A stretch of 64,000 nt of DNA, taken from an uncultured delta proteobacterium. Its GTDB lineage: Bacteria > Myxococcota > Kuafuiibacteriia > Kuafuiibacteriales > Kuafuiibacteriaceae. The position numbers and the translations under genes were made by a program. Below the pieces are notes generated by a model. It saw nothing but the letters and a program-made list of their open reading frames with translations. It did not search any database and was not told the origin of the DNA. The stretch is from assembly GCA_963803435.1 (NCBI GenBank), contig CAWDML010000008.1:32001-96000 (forward strand), in the 5' to 3' direction. This document shows positions 9,391-17,416 of the stretch, one piece after another; positions within the stretch are counted from its first letter, which is position 1, and each line of letters opens with the position of its first letter.

Positions 9391-10134
9391 ATGTCGAGAA
9401 CAGTCTATATCGACGGGCGTGCGGTCTTACTGAACGACTGCCATCGCATCATCAACTCGGCGGTCGAGGAGCTCAGCGCCCGTCGCTCGCAGGTGAACTG
9501 CGGCCATGCCGACGTGATCCGGAGCCACATCGACGTCACGGATGCGGTCAAGGCGTTCGAGGCGGCGCGCTATCAGGACAAGATGGAGGTCAAGGACACC
9601 AACGAGCTCCAGGCCAAGCTGACGCGCGACACGCCCGACTACAGCGTCGAAGCGCTCGGCGACTGGAAGCCGGACATGAGCGTTCCCCCGATCGAGGTGG
9701 AGGAGGAGACGCCGATCGACGGGCGCAGGCTGTACAAGATGCTCGACGTGCCGGCGCTCGACGATCCGGACGTCGGCGTCACCGGCGTCACCATGAGCGT
9801 ATTCGAGGTGGACGACGGCGGTGGAGGGGTCTCGTACGAGATCGGTCTCGACTCGATCCTCTACGACCAGGACGGCAACTGGAAGAGCAACAAGGCCAAG
9901 TCCGTGTGGGAGGCCTGGCTGGCGAAACGGCTGGACGAGGAGAAGGAGAGCGGGGGAGAGGCTGAGAAGGTGGAGCCTTCGCGCGCGGCGGCGGCCATGC
10001 GGGTGGCCGGGCTCGATCAGCGAAGGAAGCAGCGGATTCCGGGCGGACGCACGCAGACGGTGTACGGTACCGGAGCCGCTCCGGAGGTGACGACGACGAT
10101 GCCGGCCGCCCAGAAGTTCCGTGTCGGTGAGTGA
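9391..10134 (+). CDS. Hypothetical protein (247 aa)
   Basis: AAGGAG RBS upstream, operon position, coding-like composition. Confidence 0.7.
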   Translation: MSRTVYIDGRAVLLNDCHRIINSAVEELSARRSQVNCGHADVIRSHIDVTDAVKAFEAARYQDKMEVKDTNELQAKLTRDTPDYSVEALGDWKPDMSVPPIEVEEETPIDGRRLYKMLDVPALDDPDVGVTGVTMSVFEVDDGGGGVSYEIGLDSILYDQDGNWKSNKAKSVWEAWLAKRLDEEKESGGEAEKVEPSRAAAAMRVAGLDQRRKQRIPGGRTQTVYGTGAAPEVTTTMPAAQKFRVGE

Positions 10135-10137
10135 GCG

Positions 10138-12051
10138 ATGTCCGACATCAAGAAGCACATCTCGAATCGGCTCGGCGCCTCGGGGCTGACGCCGAAGGAC
10201 ATGGAGAAGCCGGGTGCCCACGTGATGGTCACCGACGGCGAGGATCTCCACGTGCTGGTGGCCAAGTCGGAGTCGAGTCAGGCGATCGACGCGCTCGAGG
10301 CCGAGGTCCCCGGATACGCGGGGCGGCTCGCCGTCAGCGAGGAGGCGCCCCTCGATCTGGGTGATCTCGGTGAGTGGCGTGACTTCGCTGTGAAGGGGCT
10401 CTCCAACGAGCAGCTCGAGCGGCTCGCTGAGAAGAGCGCCGAGCTCCGGATCTTCGCGGCCGCGAAGGACGGTGAGGCGATGCCGCCCTTCTATGCCTCC
10501 GTGGATCTGGCGTTCGCGATGGCGGAGGTGATCGGACGAGGCGTGCTCGCGGTGCGACCGATTCCCCCGGGCGAGCGAGACGGCAAGTCGTTCGTCGCGG
10601 TGACACCCGGCCAGCGACGGGTGATCCATACCCTCACGCAGCGCTGGGTCGACGATACGGTACCTGAGGAGACCTGGTTCAAGGCCGCGGAGGCCTGGAG
10701 ACAGCTGCAGGCGGACGTCTACGACACCGGCCTCATCGGCGCGCTGACCCTGGGGCTCGCGCCCGATCGTCCCGAGGCGCCGCATCGCGAGGTACCCGGC
10801 GATAGCGCCGCCGCAAAATCGATGCACGGCCTGTCCGCGGACACGGTCGACTATCTCGAGGAGCAGCAGCTCGAGATTCCGCCGAAGAAGGCGAGCATCA
10901 CCTGGGTGGAGGAGACGATCGATCGGCTCCAGGATGCGCCTGAGCGCGTGGTGTTGGACCTGCGGGAGCTGCTGGGGAGACTTCACGACGCGCGCGAGCG
11001 GGAGGCCGACGACATGTTCGCGGTCGACGCCGGTGATCCGAAGGCGCGGCCGGCGGAGATCGTCTACGAGGGTCAGCGGTCGACCAAGCGGGCCCGTCTC
11101 GGGGTGCTCTCCCAGCTGGAGAAGGGCCTCGACGGGCTCGGCGTTCCCGACGAGGTCGAGCGCGCGCTCGCCGAGCAGCTGGCGATCGCGATGGAGCCGC
11201 GGAAGAAGCCCAGCCTGATCCTGGTGGCGGGGCCGAAGGGCTCGGCGGCCGAGCCGCTGTTCGAGCTGGCCGTCGAGCTGTGCGGAAAGAAGCCGCTGCG
11301 GATCCAAGGTGGTGACCTGGCCGAGCCTGGCTGGGCGATGCTGTTCGGGCACAACCGCGGCTTCCCCACCGAGGGCGACGCCTGGCTCTCGGCCGCCAAC
11401 ATCGCCGACCACCGGGAGACCGCGGCCGATCCCGCGCCCATCACGTTCGAGAACCTCAAGTCGGCCGGCTCCCAGGAGCCCGAGGACCAGGCGCACCACC
11501 AGCGCGATCTCTTGGGCCGCATCGTGGAGTGGCTGGGCCGCGGCTTCGTCAACGTCTACGCCAAGCAGGGTCGCGCGGCGGCGAAGCAACAGGAGACCTC
11601 GCTGGCCGGCGTGGTGTTCCTCGCTCGCTGGGAGGGCCCGGCGCGCGAGCTCCGGGATCTACTCGATGGATCGGAGGAGCTCGCGCACCTCGCGGATCAC
11701 GTGATCGGCCTCGACCCGATGCGTCCCGAGCATGCGGTCAACGATCTGATCCGCCGCGCCACCTTCGACGTGCGCCAGCACTTCGGCCCGAAGGGCTGCA
11801 CGCTCGAGCTCGACACGGCAGCGCGCTCCGGCCTCGAGAAAGCCTTCAGGGCGCTCGGACCGGCTCGCGCGCTCGAGGTCTTCCTGGGCCCCCTGACGCG
11901 CGACGTCGGCGACGCGATCAAGGGCGCTCCTGCGACCAAGTACGAGATCGTGTGGAGCAACCGGTTGACCACGCGCGAGAAGGCCGGCCTCGAACAAGGA
12001 AAGCCGCCCGAGGGCGCGGTGTCGCGCTGGTTCGGGGTCAAGGCAGGTTGA
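10138..12051 (+). CDS. Paralog of 6398-9370: unknown N-domain + degenerate Clp-D2-like AAA+ module
   Basis: LILVAGPKGSAAE (no GKT), MLFGHNRGF, ITFENLKS, TSLAGVVFLARW. N-terminal blocks are colinear with the 990-aa protein. Confidence 0.7.
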   Translation: MSDIKKHISNRLGASGLTPKDMEKPGAHVMVTDGEDLHVLVAKSESSQAIDALEAEVPGYAGRLAVSEEAPLDLGDLGEWRDFAVKGLSNEQLERLAEKSAELRIFAAAKDGEAMPPFYASVDLAFAMAEVIGRGVLAVRPIPPGERDGKSFVAVTPGQRRVIHTLTQRWVDDTVPEETWFKAAEAWRQLQADVYDTGLIGALTLGLAPDRPEAPHREVPGDSAAAKSMHGLSADTVDYLEEQQLEIPPKKASITWVEETIDRLQDAPERVVLDLRELLGRLHDAREREADDMFAVDAGDPKARPAEIVYEGQRSTKRARLGVLSQLEKGLDGLGVPDEVERALAEQLAIAMEPRKKPSLILVAGPKGSAAEPLFELAVELCGKKPLRIQGGDLAEPGWAMLFGHNRGFPTEGDAWLSAANIADHRETAADPAPITFENLKSAGSQEPEDQAHHQRDLLGRIVEWLGRGFVNVYAKQGRAAAKQQETSLAGVVFLARWEGPARELRDLLDGSEELAHLADHVIGLDPMRPEHAVNDLIRRATFDVRQHFGPKGCTLELDTAARSGLEKAFRALGPARALEVFLGPLTRDVGDAIKGAPATKYEIVWSNRLTTREKAGLEQGKPPEGAVSRWFGVKAG

Positions 12052-12054
12052 CGC

Positions 12055-13077
12055 ATGGTCGCGGTCGATCTCGACAAGGAACCGCTCTCGATCTCCGTCG
12101 TGGAGCACGACAACGGACGCGTCAGCTTCTCCGACGTCCCCGACCGTCTCATCCCCGCGCTCGTCTCGGCGTACGGCGAGGAGAAGGTTGCCCACTGCAT
12201 CAGCCCCTCCGACCCGGAGCGCGAGCTTTGGATGTCGCTGCCGGTGATGACCAAGCAACCGTTCCCCCGCTTCACGAAGATCTTCCACTCCGGCGAGCTC
12301 GAAGAGCGCGTGCGCGAGCTCGACGCCCAAGGCCGCACCAACGGGCGCGCCGCCTACTTCATGACCGCGATCAACCTCTCCGACGAGCCCGTCCTCGGCA
12401 AGACCGGCGTCATCTACTTCGTCTGCCGCAAGGGCTGCCACTTCTGTCAGTACCGCGGGTTCGAGGAGCGCACCCTCTCCGCCGAGGAGATCGCCGACCG
12501 CATGCTCGCGCTTCAGGCCGGCGGCGCCGACAACATCCAGCTCCTCTCACCGACCTCCTACACACCGCTCCTGGTGAAGGCGATCTTCCTCGCCGCCGGC
12601 CGCGGTCTCTCCCTCCCCATCGTCCACAAGAGCGAAGGCGAGGACCCTCTCCCCGACCTCGCCCTCCTCGACGGCCTCGTCGACATGTACCTGCCCGACA
12701 TCAAGTTCATCCGCCCCGAACAAGCCGCCCGCATCGGCCTCTCCGAGCGCTACCCCGAGCGCATGCAGGCCTGCATCCGCGAGATGTACCGCCAGGTCGG
12801 CCGCCTCCACCGCCGCACCGACGACGCCCTCCTCCACGGCCCCGGCCTATTGATCCGCCACCTCCTCATGCCCGGCGGCGTCTCCGAGCTCCGCGCCGTC
12901 CTCGAGATGGTGAAGGCCCTCGACGACGACATCCCGGTCCACGTGATGACCGGCTACGAGCCCCTGCACGAGGCGACGAACGTGCCAGGGATCGATCGCC
13001 CCGTCACCGCCGCCGAGGTGTTCGCGGCCACGAAGGCGTCCGAGCAGATGGAGCTCGGGTACGTGCTGGTGCGGTGA
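12055..13077 (+). CDS. Radical SAM protein, PflX-like
   Basis: CRKGCHFCQY (CxxxCxxC); GADNIQLLSPT, LLDGLVDMYLPDIKF and GLLIRHLLMPG are PflX-family motifs. Confidence 0.85.
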   Translation: MVAVDLDKEPLSISVVEHDNGRVSFSDVPDRLIPALVSAYGEEKVAHCISPSDPERELWMSLPVMTKQPFPRFTKIFHSGELEERVRELDAQGRTNGRAAYFMTAINLSDEPVLGKTGVIYFVCRKGCHFCQYRGFEERTLSAEEIADRMLALQAGGADNIQLLSPTSYTPLLVKAIFLAAGRGLSLPIVHKSEGEDPLPDLALLDGLVDMYLPDIKFIRPEQAARIGLSERYPERMQACIREMYRQVGRLHRRTDDALLHGPGLLIRHLLMPGGVSELRAVLEMVKALDDDIPVHVMTGYEPLHEATNVPGIDRPVTAAEVFAATKASEQMELGYVLVR

Positions 13078-13084
13078 GCATCGG

Positions 13085-15334
13085 TTAGAAGGAGACAGGC
13101 CCACCGGATCCCGCGAACGATCCGGGGAGCTGTCCGATCGGAGTTGTATTACCGTAGCCGAGCTGGCCCTCGTTCGCTCGACCCCAACAATAGACCTCGG
13201 CGGCCGTCGACATCCCGCAGGTGTGTGAGCCGCCCGGGATAGCGAGGCGCATGTTCTGGAGCGGAAGGTCGCTGATCACGTCCTGGGGTTCATCGCCGAG
13301 ATTTTCGATGCTTCCGTAGCCGATCTGACCTTGGTTCCCGCGGCCCCAACAGCGCACCGTCCCAGTGTTCAGCACCACGCAGTTGTGGTGGTCTTCGCTG
13401 ACCAGCCGGCTGACGATCACGTTACCGAGCATTACTGGGGCCGTCGGCGGAACGAGCAGATCGGCGACATCGTTGTTCCCGAGTTGTCCGAAGGATCCAC
13501 GTCCCCAGCACCGCACCGTGGCGTCGGACATGAGAGCGCAGGTGTGCTGTCCGCCCGCCGAGATTTGAGCAACCGTGCCTTGGATCTGGATGTCGGTGCC
13601 GACCTCGTTAGGATCGTCGCCTAGATTGTTTCTGTGTCCGTATCCGAGTTGACCATACTCGTTGTTGCCCCAGCAACGGATCGCACCTGAGGCGAGGCGC
13701 GCGCAGGTGTGGAAGCTCCCCGCATCCACTTGAACCGCGGGTGCGCCCAATGGCACCGAGTCGTTCAGGGATGCGCAGGTGACGGTTCCGTCCCCGACGT
13801 TGGCGGGACAGCCATAACCCAGCTGTCCGGAATCGCCGCGACCCCAGCACCGGACGTCACCATTGGTGAGAAGCGCGCAGGTGTGCTCGCCGGAGCAGGT
13901 GATCTGAGTTGCCGGCGCATTGAGGGCTGCGTTGGTGAGGATATGCGTCTCGCTCGCGTCGTCGCCGATGTTTTGATTGTGGTTGAGGCCGAGCTGTCCG
14001 TCGAAGTTCTCGCCCCAGCAACGAACTTGGCCGCCGTCAAGGAGAGCGCAGGTGTGGAGGGCGCCCGCGCATAGCCCCTTGATGGTTGGTGGGATGTCGA
14101 TCGGCGGCGCCGAGCTTGGAAGCTCATCATCACCGATCGTTTCGGTGTGGCCGAGCCCGAGCTGACCGCTCGCGTTGTAGCCCCAGCAGCGGAGCACACC
14201 GTCGGAACGTAGCGCGCATGCGTGGGCACCGCCGACAGTGAGCAGTGGAACCCTCTCGAACGTCGCACTGACCTGCGAAGGCTCGGTGAGGGTCACCTGG
14301 CACATGGGGCCGGTCCCAGTGCAGGCGTTCGACCAGCGGGTGAACCGCACGCTCTCATTCGGCACGACGGAAAGGGAGACCACGGTGTCGTGCTCGAAGC
14401 TCGCGGTACACTGTGGGGGGCAGCTGATGCCGGAGGGGATCGAAGTGATCGTTCCTCGACCCGGACCGTCTTGAACGATCGTGAGGTCGTGGGTGGCCAC
14501 GTCAAAGCGCGCGGAGAGCGAACGAGCAGAATCCATGGTCAGCGTGCACTCGGCTGTGCCTGGGCACTCGGCAGCGTCCCATCCTGCGAAAGTCGATCGT
14601 GCATCGGGCGTTGCGACCAGCGTGACACTGGAGCCGGCGAGATAGCTGTCCGTGCAAACTCCTGGGCAGGAGATGGCTCCGGTTTGGGCCACGACCGAAC
14701 CGGCACCCTGCCCGTCGATGCTGACGTTCAGGGAGCGCAGGCCGAGATCGAACGCTGCGCCGATGGACTTCTGCCCATCGACGACCAGATCGCAGATGGC
14801 GTCTGTGCCGGTGCAGTCACCCGACCAACCTCCAAAGCTCGACGCTCCGACCGGCGCCGCGGTGAGTCGGATCCTCGATCCAACCTCCCAGTCTTGGCTG
14901 CAGTCGGACCCGCAGTCGATGCCAGACAAGTTGGAGGTGACGTTGCCCTGGCCGTCCCCTGTCCGTTCGACGCGAACGGAATACTTCATGAGCTCGAAGG
15001 TGACAGCGATCGAGATGTCGCGATCGAGCGTGATCGTGCAGCGGCTATCGTCCTCACACGCCGCGAGGGACCAGCCGGCCGAGATCGAGGTGCCGTTCGG
15101 AACTGCGGTCAACGTGAGCTCGGTGCCGAGCGGATAGGTGTGGGCGCATTGCTCCGGGCAGGAGAGCTCCCCGTCTCCCGAGGTCACGTGGCCGGCTCCA
15201 TTTCCGGCGAGCACAATCTCGATCTGGGCGTGGCGGCTTTCGGCGTCTGTCAGACCCGCATCGGCGCCGTCCGGCGGGATGAGGACGGTGCCGCAGCCGG
15301 TCGAGAGCAGGACGGAGAGGCATAGCCGGTGCAC
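13085..15334 (-). CDS. Lipoprotein with InlB-B-like repeats and RCC1 beta-propeller
   Basis: GTG start MHRLCLSVLLSTGC (lipobox). Four G.G.V.S..GI.C...C...F.GW repeats, then seven HTCA.....VRCWG....GQLG RCC1 repeats. Confidence 0.85.
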   Translation of the reverse strand: MHRLCLSVLLSTGCGTVLIPPDGADAGLTDAESRHAQIEIVLAGNGAGHVTSGDGELSCPEQCAHTYPLGTELTLTAVPNGTSISAGWSLAACEDDSRCTITLDRDISIAVTFELMKYSVRVERTGDGQGNVTSNLSGIDCGSDCSQDWEVGSRIRLTAAPVGASSFGGWSGDCTGTDAICDLVVDGQKSIGAAFDLGLRSLNVSIDGQGAGSVVAQTGAISCPGVCTDSYLAGSSVTLVATPDARSTFAGWDAAECPGTAECTLTMDSARSLSARFDVATHDLTIVQDGPGRGTITSIPSGISCPPQCTASFEHDTVVSLSVVPNESVRFTRWSNACTGTGPMCQVTLTEPSQVSATFERVPLLTVGGAHACALRSDGVLRCWGYNASGQLGLGHTETIGDDELPSSAPPIDIPPTIKGLCAGALHTCALLDGGQVRCWGENFDGQLGLNHNQNIGDDASETHILTNAALNAPATQITCSGEHTCALLTNGDVRCWGRGDSGQLGYGCPANVGDGTVTCASLNDSVPLGAPAVQVDAGSFHTCARLASGAIRCWGNNEYGQLGYGHRNNLGDDPNEVGTDIQIQGTVAQISAGGQHTCALMSDATVRCWGRGSFGQLGNNDVADLLVPPTAPVMLGNVIVSRLVSEDHHNCVVLNTGTVRCWGRGNQGQIGYGSIENLGDEPQDVISDLPLQNMRLAIPGGSHTCGMSTAAEVYCWGRANEGQLGYGNTTPIGQLPGSFAGSGGPVSF

Positions 15335-15430
15335 GGGCGGGCGGAGAACATGGTCCACGGAAAACGCGAACGCAAGAAGAGATCCGGGCGAGTGGGCTGG
15401 CCCTTGGGCCAAGTGTGCGGATTTGTCCGG

Positions 15431-15464
15431 CGGACGAACGGACGAACGAACGGACGGACGGACG
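15431..15464. repeat. Tetranucleotide tandem repeat (CGRA)8 in divergent intergenic region
   Basis: cgga cgaa cgga cgaa cgaa cgga cgga cgga cg. Confidence 0.8.
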
Positions 15465-15510
15465 TCGGGCGGGTGAGGACTCGGGCGCGGGCTCTGGTAG
15501 CGTGGTGGAG

Positions 15511-16059
15511 GTGAACGGGTGTCGGATCAACGTGCTGGGCGCGTCTGGGAGTGGGACCTCGAGCCTAGGGCGGGCGCTGGCGGGGCGGCTCTCGATCGCG
15601 CACTTCGAGTCCGATGACTACTTTCATGCCGAGAGCGATCCGCCGTTCACGCGGCCGCGGGGGGCCGAGGACCGGTATGCGCGGATGATGGCGGACCTGG
15701 GTTCGGTGGAGAGCTGGGTCCTGTCGGGGGGCGTGGCGGGGTGGAGCCCGTACCCGGAGCTCGACTTCACGATGATCGTCTTTCTCGTGGTGCCGACCGA
15801 GGTGCGACTCGAGCGGTTGCGGGCGCGGGAGCGGGCGCGCTTCGGGGCGCGGGTGCTGGCGGGGGGCGACATGTTCGAGCTGCACGAAGAGTTCATCGCT
15901 TGGGCTGCGGGCTATGACGCAGGGGACGTCGAAGGGAAGACGTTGTCGCGGCACGAGGCGTACCTCGCGGAGCAGCGTTGTCCGGTGCGGGTGGTTCGGG
16001 GCGTGCGAGCGTTGGCGGAGATCGCGGATGAGGTGATGGGGGCGCTCAGGTCGGAGTGA
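15511..16059 (+). CDS. Adenylate-kinase-like P-loop NTPase (AAA_18/FlaR-like)
   Basis: RINVLGASGSGTSSLGRALA, HFESDDYF, WVLSG, RLERLRARERARFG. GGAG RBS before GTG at 15511. Confidence 0.85.
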   Translation: MNGCRINVLGASGSGTSSLGRALAGRLSIAHFESDDYFHAESDPPFTRPRGAEDRYARMMADLGSVESWVLSGGVAGWSPYPELDFTMIVFLVVPTEVRLERLRARERARFGARVLAGGDMFELHEEFIAWAAGYDAGDVEGKTLSRHEAYLAEQRCPVRVVRGVRALAEIADEVMGALRSE

Positions 16060-16627
16060 CGCGCTTCTCGATCCGGCGATCGGGGATCAGCCATATCAAG
16101 GCCACGGTGACGTAGAGTAGCTGCGACAGATATGCCGAGACAAACGAGAGGCCGATGCCGCCGAGATAGAGGAGTGCGGACAGCTTGCCCTTGAGGTCGC
16201 TGCCGAGCGCGTCCTTGAGCTCCGACGACTCGCCGTCCGTGTGGACGATGGCGCGCTGGAGGATCAAATAGGCGATGCCGGCCATGAAGAGTACCACGCC
16301 GTAGAGCGCGTTCGGGGCAACAGCGTGGGCGTTCTCGCCGAGCCATGCGGTCGAGGCGGGGACGAGAGAGAGCCAGAACAGGAGATGGAGGTTGGCCCAC
16401 ATGACGCTGGCGCTCACCTGGTGTGCGAGGTGGAGCAGGTGGTGGTGGTTGTTCCAGTAGATGCCGATGAAGACGAAGCTGAGGATGTACGCCAGGAACA
16501 CCGGGACCATCGGCTCCAGGTCGGCGACCTCGTGCCCGTGGGGCACCTTCAGCTCGAGCACCATGATGGTGATGATGATGGCGAGGACGCCGTCGCTGAA
16601 CGCTTCGAGTCTGCCCTTTCCCATCAT
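16046..16627 (-). CDS. TMEM175 family K+ channel (DUF1211)
   Basis: GRLEAFSDGVLAIIITIMVLELKVP and YWNNHHH signature. Confidence 0.92.
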   Translation of the reverse strand: MMGKGRLEAFSDGVLAIIITIMVLELKVPHGHEVADLEPMVPVFLAYILSFVFIGIYWNNHHHLLHLAHQVSASVMWANLHLLFWLSLVPASTAWLGENAHAVAPNALYGVVLFMAGIAYLILQRAIVHTDGESSELKDALGSDLKGKLSALLYLGGIGLSFVSAYLSQLLYVTVALIWLIPDRRIEKRVTPT

Positions 16628-17379
16628 AGGAGCACCGCCACGCCGGCGATGAGATACGGTGGCTCCTTCTCCTCGCCGTTGAGGCCGCCGCCGCCGGAGA
16701 GGTCGAGCTGGATCTTGCGGGTCACGAGATAGGTGAGACCGCCGGCCGCCGAGATCAGCTTCTCGCCGCCGTCGGTGTACTGAAGGTAGCTCTCGACGAA
16801 TGCGCCGAAGGCCTCGGTCAGCTGATAGCCGAGGGCGATGCCGGCGGCCAGGTCGAACGCGCGGCCGTCTCGGTCGGGCAGGCTGGTGAAGCCGAGGTTG
16901 AGGTTCCATCCGATCGCAAACGCGTCGGTGGCGTTCAGCTGGAAGTTGAGGCCGACGCCGCCGTCGATGCCGCGCGCGGGGCCGCCGTCCGAGCCCGTCG
17001 GCAAAGACAGGAACGGCACGGCGCTCATCGAGAGGGGACCGACCAGCGTGCCGCCGACCTTCACGCCCACCGACGCATCGCCCGAGCTCACTCGAGCTCT
17101 GGGCTCGCCGTGGGGGATCTCGATCTGGACGTCGGGTGCGACGACGCGTACCTCGAGGAGATTGGTGAGCCCGATCCGGAGCAGGAGACTGGGCGCACCC
17201 ACGTCCGTGACGTGATGGTCGAAGTCGCCACGGGCGCCGAGCTCGAGCTGGACGTGTCCGGGCGCAACCACACCGGTGCCGTCCGCAAAGCCGGGACGGT
17301 CGGGGCTGATCGTCAGCTCCTCTTCGGCGACCGCTGTTTGAGTGACGAGCAGCGCGGCCAGGATCAGAGGCGCGGGCAT
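16624..17379 (-). CDS. Outer-membrane beta-barrel 'transporter' (MetA-pathway/CphA-like family)
   Basis: Signal peptide, then SPDRPGFADGTGVVAPGHVQLELG, LLRIGLT...EVRV and QLDLSGGGGL. Confidence 0.8.
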   Translation of the reverse strand: MPAPLILAALLVTQTAVAEEELTISPDRPGFADGTGVVAPGHVQLELGARGDFDHHVTDVGAPSLLLRIGLTNLLEVRVVAPDVQIEIPHGEPRARVSSGDASVGVKVGGTLVGPLSMSAVPFLSLPTGSDGGPARGIDGGVGLNFQLNATDAFAIGWNLNLGFTSLPDRDGRAFDLAAGIALGYQLTEAFGAFVESYLQYTDGGEKLISAAGGLTYLVTRKIQLDLSGGGGLNGEEKEPPYLIAGVAVLL

Positions 17380-17416
17380 GCCGCCTTCTAGATCGGGCTC
17401 GGCCTCGCCGCCAGCA

